A DNA stretch of 64,000 nt from Octopus vulgaris (lineage: Eukaryota): contig OX597832.1 of the NCBI GenBank assembly GCA_951406725.2, positions 58,280,001 to 58,344,000 of the forward strand. The letters are read 5' to 3'. Shown here piece after piece: positions 13,770 through 29,005 of the stretch. The first letter of the stretch is position 1. Each line of letters opens with the position of its first letter. The position numbers and the translations under genes are program-made. The notes under the pieces were generated by a model. It was given only the letters and a program-made list of their open reading frames with translations. It did not search any database and was not told where the DNA came from.

Positions 13770-14344
13770 AGATCACAAGGATTTTCAAGCCCGATCGCAC
13801 CACCAAACAAACAGAACCCACAAACCTTTGAATAAAACTGCTTGAATAAAAAAAAAAACGGAGAGGGATAGACCGAGATGAACAGTGGTTCCAGCAATAC
13901 GGGGCCACCCCACACCACGCATCAAATTACTCCCTAGCCTTGCTGAGAGACCGAATTAAGAAGAGACTGATCAGCAGGAAGTGCGACGTTGAGTGGGTAC
14001 CGCATCTACCGGACTGGAATCCCTCAGATTTTTATCTGTGGGGGTATCTCAACGATGATGCTTATCAGAACAACATTAAAACAATTGTTGAACTGAGGGT
14101 CAGTAATCACAGCAGAATTCCCAAAAGGAATATGTTCGAGTAATTGACAACTCTGCGCGAAGCATGCAAGTGTTTGCGCGACGTGTGCCATTTGGAGTAT
14201 AGTTTGAAAAAAATATGACTTTTATGCAAAAGGAATAATCGTACACAGACCGAAGTTTAAGTCCAGCAAATTTCTTGAAATTTGCTGGAACTTTGTAGGA
14301 TTTAATAAAATATTTACGGGTTCTGTTTTTCTTTTGTGTCACCC

Positions 14345-14348
<4 letters not shown>
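13770..14348 (+). pseudogene. Tc1/mariner transposase C-terminal relic with right TIR
   Basis: WFQQYGATPH (QQDGA) and EWVPHLPDWNPSDFYLWGYL (WPPRSPDLNPLDFFLWG) motifs. Ends ..caccctg before (TA)n. Confidence 0.85.
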
Positions 14349-14396
<48 letters not shown>

Positions 14397-14400
<4 letters not shown>

Positions 14401-14575
14401 GATTGCTGCCTTCAGTTCAACAATCGTTTGAAAGTTGTTCTGGTAAACATCATCGTTGAGATACCCCCACAGATAAAAATTTGAGGGATTCCAGTCCGGT
14501 AGATGCGGTACCCACTCAACGCCACACTTCCTGCTGATCAGTCTCTTCTTAATTCGGTCTCTCAGCCAAGCTAGT
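14397..14575 (-). repeat. Local inverted duplication of about 13935-14111
   Basis: Reverse-complement match that shares the relic's private lesions (ccggactggaatccc). Confidence 0.88.
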
Positions 14576-14640
14576 GTTTGGTGCTATTAAGTTAGACATG
14601 GCCTGGACCAATCTCTGGTCGAAACATATCTAAGTCTAAG

Positions 14641-14687
<47 letters not shown>

Positions 14688-14730
14688 TAAGAGGGAATTT
14701 TATATTTATGTATGAAATACTATTTACTGA

Positions 14731-14801
14731 ATGTCAGTATTTTTATATGCTGGACCACTGGTGTTAAAATTGATATCAAATTTTTCACCCTCATTTCGAT
14801 T

Positions 14802-14884
<83 letters not shown>

Positions 14885-14974
14885 TATATATATATATATA
14901 TAAAAAAAAATCGAAATGAGGGTGAAAAATTTGATATCAATTTTAACACCAGTGGTCCAGCATATAAAAATACT

Positions 14975-14979
<5 letters not shown>
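14731..14979. repeat. Near-perfect palindrome, 77-bp arms around (TA)n
   Basis: 14731-14807 is the reverse complement of 14902-14979. Confidence 0.93.
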
Positions 14980-15037
<58 letters not shown>

Positions 15038-15077
15038 CTATATATATGTGTGTATGTATTATGTATGTATGTATGTA

Positions 15078-15625
15078 TGCTTGAGATGAGATGTCTAAGG
15101 GCTATGGTTGGCGGGTGTGACACGGATGGACAGGATGAGGAATGAGGAGGTGCGAAGGCGAGCAGGAATGAGAGAAAAACTACCAGCCAAAATGGATAGG
15201 TGAAAGTTGAGGTGGTTTGGCTACATGGAGAGGATGGATGAGGAGTGGATGGTAATGAGAGTGCTGAAGGCAGAAGTGGTAGGAAGCAGAACCAGAGGCA
15301 GACCTCGGTTTGTGTGGATGGATGGAGTGAGGAAAGCTTTGGTGATTAGAGGTGTTGGAGTGAGAGACGCAAGGAGGGTTTATAAATGATAGGAAAGCTT
15401 GGAGAATGTTTGTGGACGGATGAGTGGATTTGATGTTGCTCAAAGGGGTACGGAACCGGCATGATGCTGCGGGGGTAAACCAGCAAATGCTGCCGGGCCT
15501 CGATGCTGATATTGGGGGTTGCGTACTATGTCTTGGCCCGAGCATAGAACGGGGCTCGAGTATTTGAGATGGAAAATGAATGGAATGCCTGGCGTGTGTC
15601 TTGTTGTGGCTACCCCTCCTAAACA
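15078..15625 (+). mobile_element. RTE-clade LINE 3' fragment
   Basis: [47 protein letters not shown] is the typical RTE ORF C-terminus. Confidence 0.88.
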
Positions 15626-15671
15626 GTGTTGAATAGGCCTAGGTGCATAACTAAATGTATGTATGTATGTA

Positions 15672-15726
<55 letters not shown>

Positions 15727-15893
15727 GTCTGTGTGTCTGTCTGTCTATGTATGTATGTATGCATGCATGTATGTATGTATGTATGTATGTATGTATGTAT
15801 GTATGTATGTATGTATGTATGTATGTATGTATGTGTGTGTGTATGTATGCATGCAAGTACGTATGTATGTATCCATGTATGTATGTATGTATG

Positions 15894-15927
<34 letters not shown>

Positions 15928-16264
15928 TGTATGTATGTATGTATGTATGTATGTATGTATGTATGTATGTATGTATGCATGTATGTATGTATGTATATGC
16001 AAGATGTCCATAAATTCAGAAAAAAACTGAAAAGATAAGGATAGCTCTTGGCAGAGTTTATTGGAAAACAAATAAGTTTTATTAGAAACATCGGAATACT
16101 TCCACGTGGGTGCCATTTTTGCAAAAAGTTGATAGATGGAACTCACTTTAAAAGATACAATAAACCGCGGATGTTGTAAAAATAATGTATGAAAACTCTA
16201 TACATACATACATACATACATACATACATACATACGTACATACGTACATTTCTCTCTCTTTCTT

Positions 16265-16686
<422 letters not shown>

Positions 16687-16723
16687 TACTTAAAAATATA
16701 TATATATATATGCATTATGAAAT

Positions 16724-16771
<48 letters not shown>

Positions 16772-17428
16772 TATGGAATACACATCAAGTGCCAACATTG
16801 ATACAGTTCATGATGTTCGAACTTCTGTCGGCTAGTACTACATGATAATAAAAAGAATGATGGAAAAATATAGATTGGTCAGTGCTAAAGTTACAGAATG
16901 TAATAAAGCCGGTATTACATTTGGGATTCAGTTGGCTCATCGAAGGATTTGCATTGAGGCAGTAAGCAGAAGTTTCATAGTTCATACAAGGAATTCCAGC
17001 AAAGTCTAATTGTAGCATAAGAAATGACACGGGAAAGAAACAACGTGTATTTGATCCAGTGTTTATACCATGCTGGTGAGTGAGTCTTTACGAATCAAAT
17101 GAATGCCATGTTATTGGATACAATCTTGGTATCTCTATGTATGTGTGTGTTTAACAGCATCACCATCATATTTGTCGGACTTGCTTGATGTTTGAATAGG
17201 TTTTAGCGATTGATCAGAGCTGAATAAGATTTTAGCCTCAAGTCCAAGAGATTGGTCTTTGATAAAATATGTTGGATCGGTCGGCATGAAAGATCATCCG
17301 AGATTATGATCTCTTAGCATCTATAGCGACTTTTAAGGTTTTACGTCGTGTGTTGTTCGGGTTTATACATAGGATGGAAGTGGTGAAGCGGAATACAGAT
17401 ATCTTCTTCATATGTATAACAAATTATA

Positions 17429-17493
<65 letters not shown>

Positions 17494-17546
17494 TTATATA
17501 TATATATACACTTATATGTTTATATACAGATATATACTTATAGATA

Positions 17547-17585
<39 letters not shown>

Positions 17586-17741
17586 GTATCCACATATTTA
17601 TATATATACATATATATATATGTGTGTGTATATATACATATATTTATATATACGTATACTTATATATAAATACACTTATATGTAGATGTACATTTATGTA
17701 CATATATAGATATGTATATATATATGTATGTATACGTAAGC

Positions 17742-17796
<55 letters not shown>

Positions 17797-18010
17797 TTAT
17801 ATAAACGAATATATGAATATGTGTGCATATAAATGTATATATGTATGTGTGTGCGCGCGCACATGTGTGTGTATTTGTATGTATATATGTATCTTACATG
17901 TATATGTGTGCGTAAATATACATTTATATATAAACACACATATAATATATACATACATGCATACATATTTAAACACATACTTCCACACATACACACACAC
18001 ATACAAACAT

Positions 18011-18046
<36 letters not shown>

Positions 18047-18347
18047 TGTCAATGAAATTTATATGATCGATATGTTGACATGACCGGTACACAAAAAGAA
18101 TTGAATAATGAAAGACAAATACATTTCTAAGGTTACACATTGTCCTTCGTGTGCTGTTGTTTGTATTCAGCAATACGTTCACTAAAATATAAGGTAAAAA
18201 AAATGTAAAACACTTTGACAAAAAGTAACATCAGTACAATGGCTTGTAAAATATATTGGGGGGAAAAGCAACACAAATTTAACTATGTCGGATAGACGTT
18301 AAGATTAATTATGTAAATTTGTAACTTGAGTAGGCAATATAATTTAC

Positions 18348-18378
<31 letters not shown>

Positions 18379-18761
18379 ACATAAATAACCAGAAACAGAC
18401 ACACACACAAACAGAGAAAGACACGCACACACAGACACATACTCACACGCACAATAGCACACATACATATATTTGTGTGTCAGCGTATTTGCAAATATTA
18501 TATGCAATTGTCTCAGGACATTTGCATATAATAAATGTCCTGTGCTTATGTCATAGGCTAATATGTATATATATAAATTTATGATGTTAAAGACTCAGAG
18601 AGTTAATTGTGCATGTAATTATGTATGCATGTGCGCGTGCATGCTTGTATGCATACACACATACATACATACATACATACATACATACATACATACGTAC
18701 ATACATACATACATACATACATACATACATACATACGTACATACGTACATACATACATACA

Positions 18762-18795
<34 letters not shown>

Positions 18796-18937
18796 CATGC
18801 ATACATACATATGTATAGAAGCGGATATAGTGATAAGCAAATTAGACAGATCATATATATATACATATGAAAAGGTCCAACTTACACAGAGTACGAATGA
18901 TGTAGAAAATTAAAGGGGCGGAAGAAAAGTATTACAA

Positions 18938-19058
18938 ACCCAACAGCTGTTTCTGGAGGCTTGGTGATCCATAATAATGTTTGTAGATTAATCCCACTAG
19001 AGAATGGAGCCGTATGGATGCATTTAACATAGGATGCGTGAGCCTTCGTCTTCAAGGA
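18938..19058 (-). ncRNA. Degenerate minimal hammerhead with long loop II
   Basis: Minus strand: tcc-TTGAAGA-cgaaggct-(about 70 nt)-agcctcca-GAAA-CAGCTG-TT-ggg. Confidence 0.5.
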
Positions 19059-19288
19059 AGAGAACATATATTTGAGATCTCTGCTTTAAGATCTCAAACG
19101 ATATTCTATTTAATCTGTACACTGTGCAAGTTGGACATATTTTGTATTGCATGTATTTTATATAATGTATATATTGATCTGTCCCAATTTGCTTTTCCCC
19201 AAATTCGCTTCTATACCCACTCACGTTTGATTATTTTCAGCACTACCAAGTGCATGCCATGCGGAGAACACTGGGTCTCATCTATGAA

Positions 19289-19338
<50 letters not shown>

Positions 19339-20725
19339 CCCGAAATAATTCCAGTAATCACTGGAAAACAAGGAGTTATCATGAAGGGAAAGGAACGGAA
19401 AGGTTAACCAATTCTATTCTGGGCAACGTGAACAGAGAAGTAACAGATTTTGCGTAGTACCCAAAGCCCATACTTTAGACCTAGGGTTACAAGATGTAAA
19501 CCAAAAGTAAAAAAAGAAAAAACGAACAATAAGAATGAGAATAACAAAGGTGACACGATGACACCAATGATGATGACACTGACAGTTATATTGATGGTGG
19601 TAGTGGTAGTGGTGGTGGTGGTGGTAGTGGTGGTATTGGTGTTAAAACTGATGTGCGTGCGTGATTGGTGTTTGGAGGGAAATCCAATTTGGAAATGTAG
19701 TTTTTGGTTACATTTACACGTCTCGTAAATATATGAGAATAGACCGCAAAAGTGTAGTGAAATAAAACATATATATATAAGCGTCGCCAGTATGAAAGGA
19801 ATTCTATTTTGATTCAACAAAATTATTGCTATATCCAATATTAAAGACAAACTGCCAGACTGCTATTTATTTATATCTAAATATAGAGGTCGGATTCTTA
19901 AAAAAATCAAAAACAACTATCAGAGATAAAGAAAAAAAAAATAGACATGGCAACAATACATTTTTGGGTGGTGGGCGAGGAATCGTTGGGTTCCTAATTG
20001 TGGCTATTGACTGTTGTGTCTGAAGATTAAAAAAATGGAAGAAAAAAAATTCTAACAAACCTCGCGTCATAATTGCATGAGGTTACAAGATAACCAAAAT
20101 AAATATTTTCATCAATATTCAGTGACCGGGCCAATTTAAAAGATCTAACAGAATCGTTCACCTCAGCCCACCGCCATCTTAGATACCTTCCCTCCAACAC
20201 TCACAACCTCACCGTCATCACCATTATCATCATCACCACCACCAACAACATCAACAATATCAAAACCACTACCGACAACAACAAAAACATCAACAACAAC
20301 TGTGGCCTCTACTTCATTCCGGCGCTATTGACTGTCATGAATGCCTGTCCAATATATTCGGTTTTTTGATTATGATGTTTTCAACAGTCATGCTAACATG
20401 TGAATCGGACAGATAGCAGGCCCAAAAATTTAAGTCTAAACTATTCATTATCAACACTAATCTCTAAACGGAAATCAATAAATAAGATTGCTTGTCTTTA
20501 TTCAACATTTCGGCTACTCACGACATCCTACTCAGAATATTTCGTAATTGCTGGTATTGTTGATGTTGACGCTGTTGTTGCTGTTACCCTTGTTATCCTC
20601 CTCTCTTCATCTCCTGACTGTCGCCCTTGTCATTAAACATTGCAGTAACTAAGAGAAATACACTAATACTAATAACAACTTATTCTATAATAATAATAAT
20701 AGTACTAGTAATAATGATGATGATG

Positions 20726-20756
<31 letters not shown>

Positions 20757-20830
20757 TAATAATGTTGATGATGATGATGATCATGATGTTGATGATGATA
20801 ATAATAATGATAATAATAATAATAATAATG

Positions 20831-20897
<67 letters not shown>

Positions 20898-20899
<2 letters not shown>

Positions 20900-21473
20900 G
20901 CCCTGATGCAGTACCTATGCCCTGATGCAGTACCAGACAGTGGCTCTCATGGCTTCTGATCTTAACTGATTGGAAGTGTTATCATGTGTATTGTTTTGTC
21001 TTGGTATAAAAGATGGGCTACAGCAAATATTCTGCTCAATACCACAGATTTGCTTGTCAGTTGTTTGACCTTAACCAGTTGAGCATGTCCCTTAGTGGCT
21101 GACGATATGTGCATCTCTGATCACGAGCAGAAGTAGTGGGGGAGCATCATAGCCATGTGTTGAGAAGGATTCTTTGGGGTTTGAATAATTCACCTCTGGA
21201 AACATGGGTGGTTCTTTCAACATCCTTAAACAACCCTTATTCAGGGACCTTTTGAGCGGGATGGGCTACTCAACCTGAAGAAAATTCTAACTGGGCCCCA
21301 CCTGCAAGGTCATGTGCTGTTTATCTTGATATGAGATCACCATGTCGCGCACATATGGTTGTGATGCATGTGCCTGGTGTACCTTTATCAGACGGGTAGT
21401 CATGATGGGTATATTGGGCTTCATATATTTGTACCCCAGTGTCACTTTGATGGCATGAACTGCTCTCTCACTC
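20898..21473 (+). mobile_element. About 560-bp non-coding element embedded in (AAT)n, copy 1
   Basis: Colinear with 21569-22104 and flanked by (AAT)/(GAT) arrays. The 5' 18-mer is duplicated. Confidence 0.85.
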
Positions 21474-21566
<93 letters not shown>

Positions 21567-21568
21567 AT

Positions 21569-22104
21569 ATGCCCTGATGCAGTACCAGGCGGTGTCTCTC
21601 ATGACTTCTGATTTTAACTGATTGGAAGTGTTATCATGTTCATTTTTTTTCTTGGTATAAAAGAATTGGCTACAGCAAATATTCTGCTCAATACTACAGA
21701 TTTGCTTGTCAGTTGCTTGACCTTAACCGGTTGAGTATGTCCCTTATTGGCTAGTGATATGTGCATCTCTGATCCCGAGCAGAAGGAGTTGGGGAGTATC
21801 ATAGCCATCTGTTGAGAGGGATTCTTTGGGGTTTGGATAATTCATCTCTGGAAACATGGGTGTTTTATTCAACATCCTTAAACAACCCTTTTCAGGGACC
21901 GTTTGAGTGAGATTGGTTACTCGACCAGAAGAAAATTCTAACTGGGCCCCACCTGCAATTTCATGTGCTGTTTATCTTGATATGAGATCACCATGTCACC
22001 CACATATGGTTGCGATGCATGTGCTTAGTGTACCCTTATCAGGCGGGTAGTCATGATGGGTAGATCCCAATTTCCCTTTCATGGTATGTACTGCTCTGTC
22101 ACTG
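21569..22104 (+). mobile_element. About 540-bp non-coding element embedded in (AAT)n, copy 2
   Basis: Diverged paralog of 20898-21473, ending actgaataat. Confidence 0.85.
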
Positions 22105-22112
22105 AATAATTT

Positions 22113-22164
<52 letters not shown>

Positions 22165-22169
<5 letters not shown>

Positions 22170-22300
22170 TCGAAAAATACCTTAGGAATTTCCCCAAGAC
22201 ACCCGATGAAGACTGGAGAGTATATCAGCCGAAACGTTGTGTTAACAACAAACAGGATGAGGACAAATATCCGTCAAATGTAAATAATGTAAATAATGTA
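22165..22300 (+). mobile_element. Hammerhead-bearing tail of the tRNA-(AAT)n-HHR element
   Basis: gacac-CCGATGA-a-gactg..cagcc-GAAA-CG-TT-gtgtt at 22198-22243. Same tail as in 46060-46739. Confidence 0.8.
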
Positions 22301-23330
22301 AAACTTTTGAAACAAAATGTCAATTTAAACGAAACCGCCAAGCACAAATTGAAGTAGATGATGAATATGCTCCGGAATAATCATTTAAGGATAGCTTTGT
22401 TAAATTTATTGCAAAATAGTCGCAATAATTATGCACTAAGCTAATAATATCGTAACTGCGGGGCTAAAAGGAATAAGGAAAAAATAACTCGCTTGTGTCG
22501 ACCCCGAGGACTATAAATGAAATACACAAGCTCTCATCCAACATGTGCAGCTGTTTGGATGAAACCATAAGCATAGAAGGCGCAATATAAACAAAAAAGT
22601 CGAAAAATATTAGAAAACAAAAATTATAAAAATGGAAGTTATTCCATGTGTGGCCCTCCCCTTCACCGTTTTCTATCAGTCTCTCCCTCCCCATATTTCT
22701 CTCTCTCTCATTCTCTTGTTGCTCACACGTGACAATCGTCCATCTTTCTTTTCTTCACGTGACAAGCTTTTCCTGCACAGACACTTAAACGAACGAACGT
22801 GTTTCTCTCTCTCTCTTCAATCTTTTCTCTTTTCAAAAAAGCATAGGAAAATATAAAAATATTACCTTCATCAGCTGTCTACTTGATGACCTGGCAGTTT
22901 CTGCGCTTCATAACGGGATCGCATAATTTAGAGCCATTAGCAATCTCATGAACACTCCCGTAGATTGCAATACGTTGCAAAAAATGAAGAAATGATAAAG
23001 AAAATTCTATCTACATACGCACTTGTCTATGTATGTATGTATGTATGTATGTATGTATGTATGTATGTATGTATGTATGTATGTATGTATGTATGTATCT
23101 ATCTATCTATCTCTTTATCTGTTTGTCTATATGTCTGACTCTCTATCTCTCTGTCTTTCTTCCTTTCAGTGACAAAAGTAAATTATTGGTGTTGATACAT
23201 ACATGCATATCTACATGCGTACGTAGTACCTATCTACCTATATACACACACATTCACACACATATATACATTCATATATGTATACGTACGCACATATATT
23301 TATACATACACGTATGTATGTATGTATATA

Positions 23331-23374
<44 letters not shown>

Positions 23375-23421
23375 TATATACACACACACACACACATATA
23401 TATATACATACATATATATAC

Positions 23422-23640
23422 TGTTTGTTTCTTCTCGAGCCACGCCTGGCTCATAAGAGCCGGTTTCTCGGTTTCCTTGGTGTAGAGGTTCCCCACCTGG
23501 ACGGGATGCAGGTCCGTCGCAGGTGAACTTCTGCCGGAGACGCGTGGAGCTTCAGGTGTTTAACTCATAAACGCACACATCGAACCTGCGATCCCTCGAT
23601 CGCGAGTTCGCTGATTTAACCACTACGCCATGTGCCTCCA
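23422..23640 (-). mobile_element. tRNA-derived SINE, head D plus tail E
   Basis: Head as in 30770-31155, tail as in 5710-5950. Confidence 0.8.
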
Positions 23641-24220
23641 CACAGACACACACACACATATATGCAGGCATAGAAATAAATATACCTATATTCATTAATG
23701 CACACACACATACACACACTTTCACACACACAGATGCACACATTTTGGTTGTACACAGGAATTCCAGCGCATATACTGATGCGAAAACGTCTAAACATGA
23801 TGCAATCAAACATTGTGAAATACAAAATGGCATCCATATGTAGGGTGATGACACAATTTGTCTCTATAAGTCTCTGGGTAGGTGTATATATGCCTGTACC
23901 TGCCTATGTATGTATGCATGCGTGTATATAGATTTTGTATACATTTTATAGATTAATAACATTTTATACAAGTAAGTAGATTACGAGCATTTTTATAGAG
24001 ATGCGTACAAATCTCACCTATATATAGATACGTGTATACACACGCATACACGAGCAGACGTTGAAACATACACATACACGCACACACACGTGCACATTTA
24101 TAGATCAGACATAAATGAGTTGGAAAGACGATGTCTCTACGCTTGCACACGCGCTCGTGTGCTTGTGTGTGTGCTTGTGTGTGTGCAAGTTCAATGTATG
24201 TGTGTATATACATGCATGTT

Positions 24221-24282
<62 letters not shown>

Positions 24283-24945
24283 CGTATATATATGTATACA
24301 CACATACACACAATTACACACACATACATATATATGTATATAATCATATGCATATAAATGTTATATACATACGTGCAGCTATATGATCTATTACATTATA
24401 TAAACACACACACGCACACATATATATATATATATACATATATATACATATATATATATACACTTATGTGTGTGTGTGTGTCTAAATATGTAATGTATAT
24501 ATATGTGTGTGTGTGAGTAAGTGTTTGTGAGTGTGTATATATTTATATACCTAGAGGTGCATGCTTCATATGCGATTGTGTATATGCATTTGCAAGCATC
24601 CTCACTTTCGTATATCTACACCAATAACATGCAGTATTCTATGTGCATATATACGCATGCAACGTATCAACTGAAATATAACTGAATTGGTGATTAATTC
24701 TCATGTCAACCATGGCAAACGCATAAAAAGAACCCAGACAACTTGTCTCCAAACCTGACTTACGCTGTGAGTGTAGAGGCGGTGACAACGACGTCGGTAA
24801 TTGGTGTGAGGCAGGGGTTGATAGGGTATGTTGGTGTGGTGGCTGGGCGTGGTGGGTTCCCGTTATGGGGGGAAATTGCGATAGACGGAGAGGTAGAGAG
24901 AGGGGTTGGCGTGGAAAGAAAGACAGGGGAATAAAGAGAGCAAAA

Positions 24946-25026
<81 letters not shown>

Positions 25027-25218
25027 CAGATAAATAGATAGATAGAGAGAGAGAGAGGGATGAAGACAGATGGGTAGGTAGATAGATAGATAGATAGATA
25101 GATATATAGATAGATAGATAGGTTGTTAGGCAAATTCTTTGTCTATGATGATAAATATATGCATTAGGTTGTTAAATATATAACTATATAGAAATAAATC
25201 GGAATATATTGAAATCTG

Positions 25219-25292
<74 letters not shown>

Positions 25293-25311
25293 GATCTATC
25301 GATCTATCTGC

Positions 25312-25353
<42 letters not shown>

Positions 25354-25495
25354 GAATGCACATACACACACACATATAAAAAGAGAGGGAGAGGGTGGGA
25401 AAGCTAGAGAGATAGGTAGGTACGTAGATATATAGATATATAAGTAGACACATAAACATGAAATAAAGCAGACAGATAAATTGATCGGCCAACGA

Positions 25496-25593
<98 letters not shown>

Positions 25594-25885
25594 GTGTACG
25601 CATGCTTTCATTCTTGTATGCATGTGTATAAAAGTCTATCTTTGGACATACATTATATATTACACCATATACATATATATGTGTGTGTGTGCATGTGTGT
25701 GTGTTTCGATAGTAGATAGTATTGATAGACAGATTGATAGATAAACCGATAGGTAATGAAAGTTCATATAAATAGACTGACTGTCCAAAAGCTGTGTACT
25801 TTACAGAAATAGTGACACAGAGATCTCCCAAGTGTGGCTGATGTCCATATTGATAAAAGATGCCCTGATTTGCCGAAACCACCCC

Positions 25886-25893
25886 CTTACTCT

Positions 25894-25955
<62 letters not shown>

Positions 25956-26031
25956 ATACTAATACTGTTGCTGCTATTTCCACTACTACATCCTACACCA
26001 CAAACGCCACCATCTTCCCAAGCACAAAGAT

Positions 26032-26098
<67 letters not shown>

Positions 26099-26489
26099 GC
26101 TACTACTGCTACTGATGCTGCTCTTTGAGTTGACACCGCCATCATTTCGAACTTTAGCCGCTACAGCAATGATAACTCTCCACCGTTACGACTGTCCTGA
26201 CTCCGTATGGAACATTACAAGCACAAACCATCCGTGGCCATCGCTACTACAATTGCACTTCCCATTAGCAACACTTGGAAACATCACTATCGATCCAACA
26301 ACACATCATCTTAATGTAATATCTACTATCACCACCTCCTTCCCACCAAATCCAACTCAACTCCGCTCTCACCCCCACCACACCCCAAAGACAATCTTGC
26401 AGCATCCCTGCTCCAGCGTCGAGAACCTTCATCAACCTACTCCTCTTCACCCCTATCTCCCTTAACATTCTCATCATCATCATCGCCAC

Positions 26490-26527
<38 letters not shown>

Positions 26528-26692
26528 CCATCATCTTTGTCGTCGTCATCATCATCATCATCACCATCGTCGTCGTCCTCCTCCTCCACATCACCATCAT
26601 CGTTGTCGTCGCCGTCATCCTCATTGTTATCTTCATCATCATCAAAATCATCATCATCATCATGCTGTCCACCATCACGTCCATCATCGTCG

Positions 26693-26728
<36 letters not shown>

Positions 26729-26876
26729 ATCAACATCATCACCACAACCTATATCTTGAAGTGCAATGACATGAACAATGATAACAAGAACCAAAGTTAG
26801 CAACATACCCTCTAACTCCCTGTCTGTCAGTCTGTCTGTCTTCCTGTCTCTGTCTCTCTCTCTGTCTCTTTCTCCC

Positions 26877-26907
<31 letters not shown>

Positions 26908-27347
26908 TCCTCTACTTGTCTCACTCGATCACCACCTTTAGCACAGAACCAGAAATACATAAGACCACCACCACCACTACCGCCACGACGACCACCACGA
27001 CGACCATCACTACTACCACCACCGCCACCACCACAACCACAACCACCACCACCACTACAATCACCAACGACAATAACAGCAATACTCATCAACTACTCCC
27101 CCTATCGGCCTCTCCGTCACCACCAAACACTTTCATCTCCACCACCACTGTCACCACAACCCCTAATTCCTGTAGTCCAACCATCTCGATCACTACCACC
27201 ACCACCACCACCTCCAGCACACCACAACCATCAGCCTCCCCTCCTCCCAACACTACTGAAAGTACGAACTCCATCTCCACGGCGGCCTTTTGCAATGCCT
27301 TCGCCAATAACACGAATTGCATCACCACCACGACCACGACCACTACC

Positions 27348-27379
<32 letters not shown>

Positions 27380-27415
27380 CAACAACAACTCCACCACCAC
27401 CTCCACCGCCACCGT
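25886..27415. repeat. Low-complexity trinucleotide tract (ACT/CAT/CAC/AAC)
   Basis: Direct reading. No consistent long ORF. Confidence 0.85.
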
Positions 27416-27617
27416 TTTTCTGTCTAACATAGATTACATGTTGTAAATCGAATAAGATAACTAAATTGAATCTGTCCGTGTTCTTATCGTTTGTTCGGTG
27501 TGGTCGGCCACACATGCACACACACACACGCACACATACACATATATAGATATATAAGTATGGATGTGTGCATGTGCGTGCGTGTGTAGATGTGTGTGTG
27601 TATTTGTGAGAGCATGC

Positions 27618-27667
<50 letters not shown>

Positions 27668-27758
27668 ATTTACATACATACATATATATATATGTACTTA
27701 TATATATAAATACATATATATATACATATATGTACATATATATATATACAGATATATG

Positions 27759-27794
<36 letters not shown>

Positions 27795-27923
27795 CACACA
27801 CACACGAACAGACACACATACACTACACACACACACACATATATATATATAGGTATAGATAGATAGATATGTTTAGATAGGTATATGTATATACAGAGAA
27901 AGATAGCTAGATATAGATATGGC

Positions 27924-27954
<31 letters not shown>

Positions 27955-27984
27955 GTATATGCCTTACTGTAGTTATACATACAA

Positions 27985-28015
<31 letters not shown>

Positions 28016-28267
28016 ATATATATATGTATGTATATATGTATATACATACATGCATATATATATATATATATATATATGCACACTTACATACATGTGTATA
28101 CATATACGTTTGTGCGCATATAAATGTGTATGCATGTGTTATACGTATACCGAAAGAGAGTGGGATAGAGGAGGAAGAAACAGATTAAGCAGGAGAGAGA
28201 AGCTGGAGATACACCCAGCAATACATGAGCGCATACAAACATAGGAAAGCGAGAAAGAATAAGGGTG

Positions 28268-28327
<60 letters not shown>

Positions 28328-28418
28328 TTATTGATTGAGAAATAGATAGATCGATGGATATATAGTTAAGTAGATAAGTAAAAAAGTAGACTGACTGATA
28401 GATGGATAGATAGATAGG

Positions 28419-28486
<68 letters not shown>

Positions 28487-28561
28487 ATATACATATATAT
28501 AATGATTACTAGATAGAAGAAATAGATAAATAGATAGATAGACTAGTTGATAGATAAGTAA

Positions 28562-28599
<38 letters not shown>

Positions 28600-28842
28600 T
28601 ATATATATTGTTATGTAGATACAGCGGTTGTCTTTTTCCCATTGTATACTATTATATACATTTACAAATATACACTTCCACACGTATGTATATGTATTCT
28701 TCAATATATACGTGATAGATATATATGCCAGAGTTATATTTAAATGAACGCTTTTAACAGACATGCGCACATACATACACCTTACGAGGCCCTCACTCTC
28801 TCTGTATATATATATATACAGATGTATGTGTGTGCATAAAGC

Positions 28843-28875
<33 letters not shown>

Positions 28876-28878
28876 ATA

Positions 28879-28917
<39 letters not shown>

Positions 28918-28946
28918 TATATACATATGTATATATACATATATGC

Positions 28947-29005
<59 letters not shown>

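Noticed and set aside
16785-17100. Unique island with an 81-aa ORF and a donor-like gtgagt
   Set aside because: No recognisable protein similarity and no consistent acceptor or frame.
20898-20985. Faint resemblance to U2 snRNA (tgcagtacc, gcttct..gatc)
   Set aside because: The matches are too short and out of order, with no branch-recognition or Sm-site layout.
20660-22300. CRISPR-like alternation of repeats and spacers
   Set aside because: The repeats are simple (AAT)n, the intervening units are paralogous mobile elements, and the context is eukaryotic with no cas genes.
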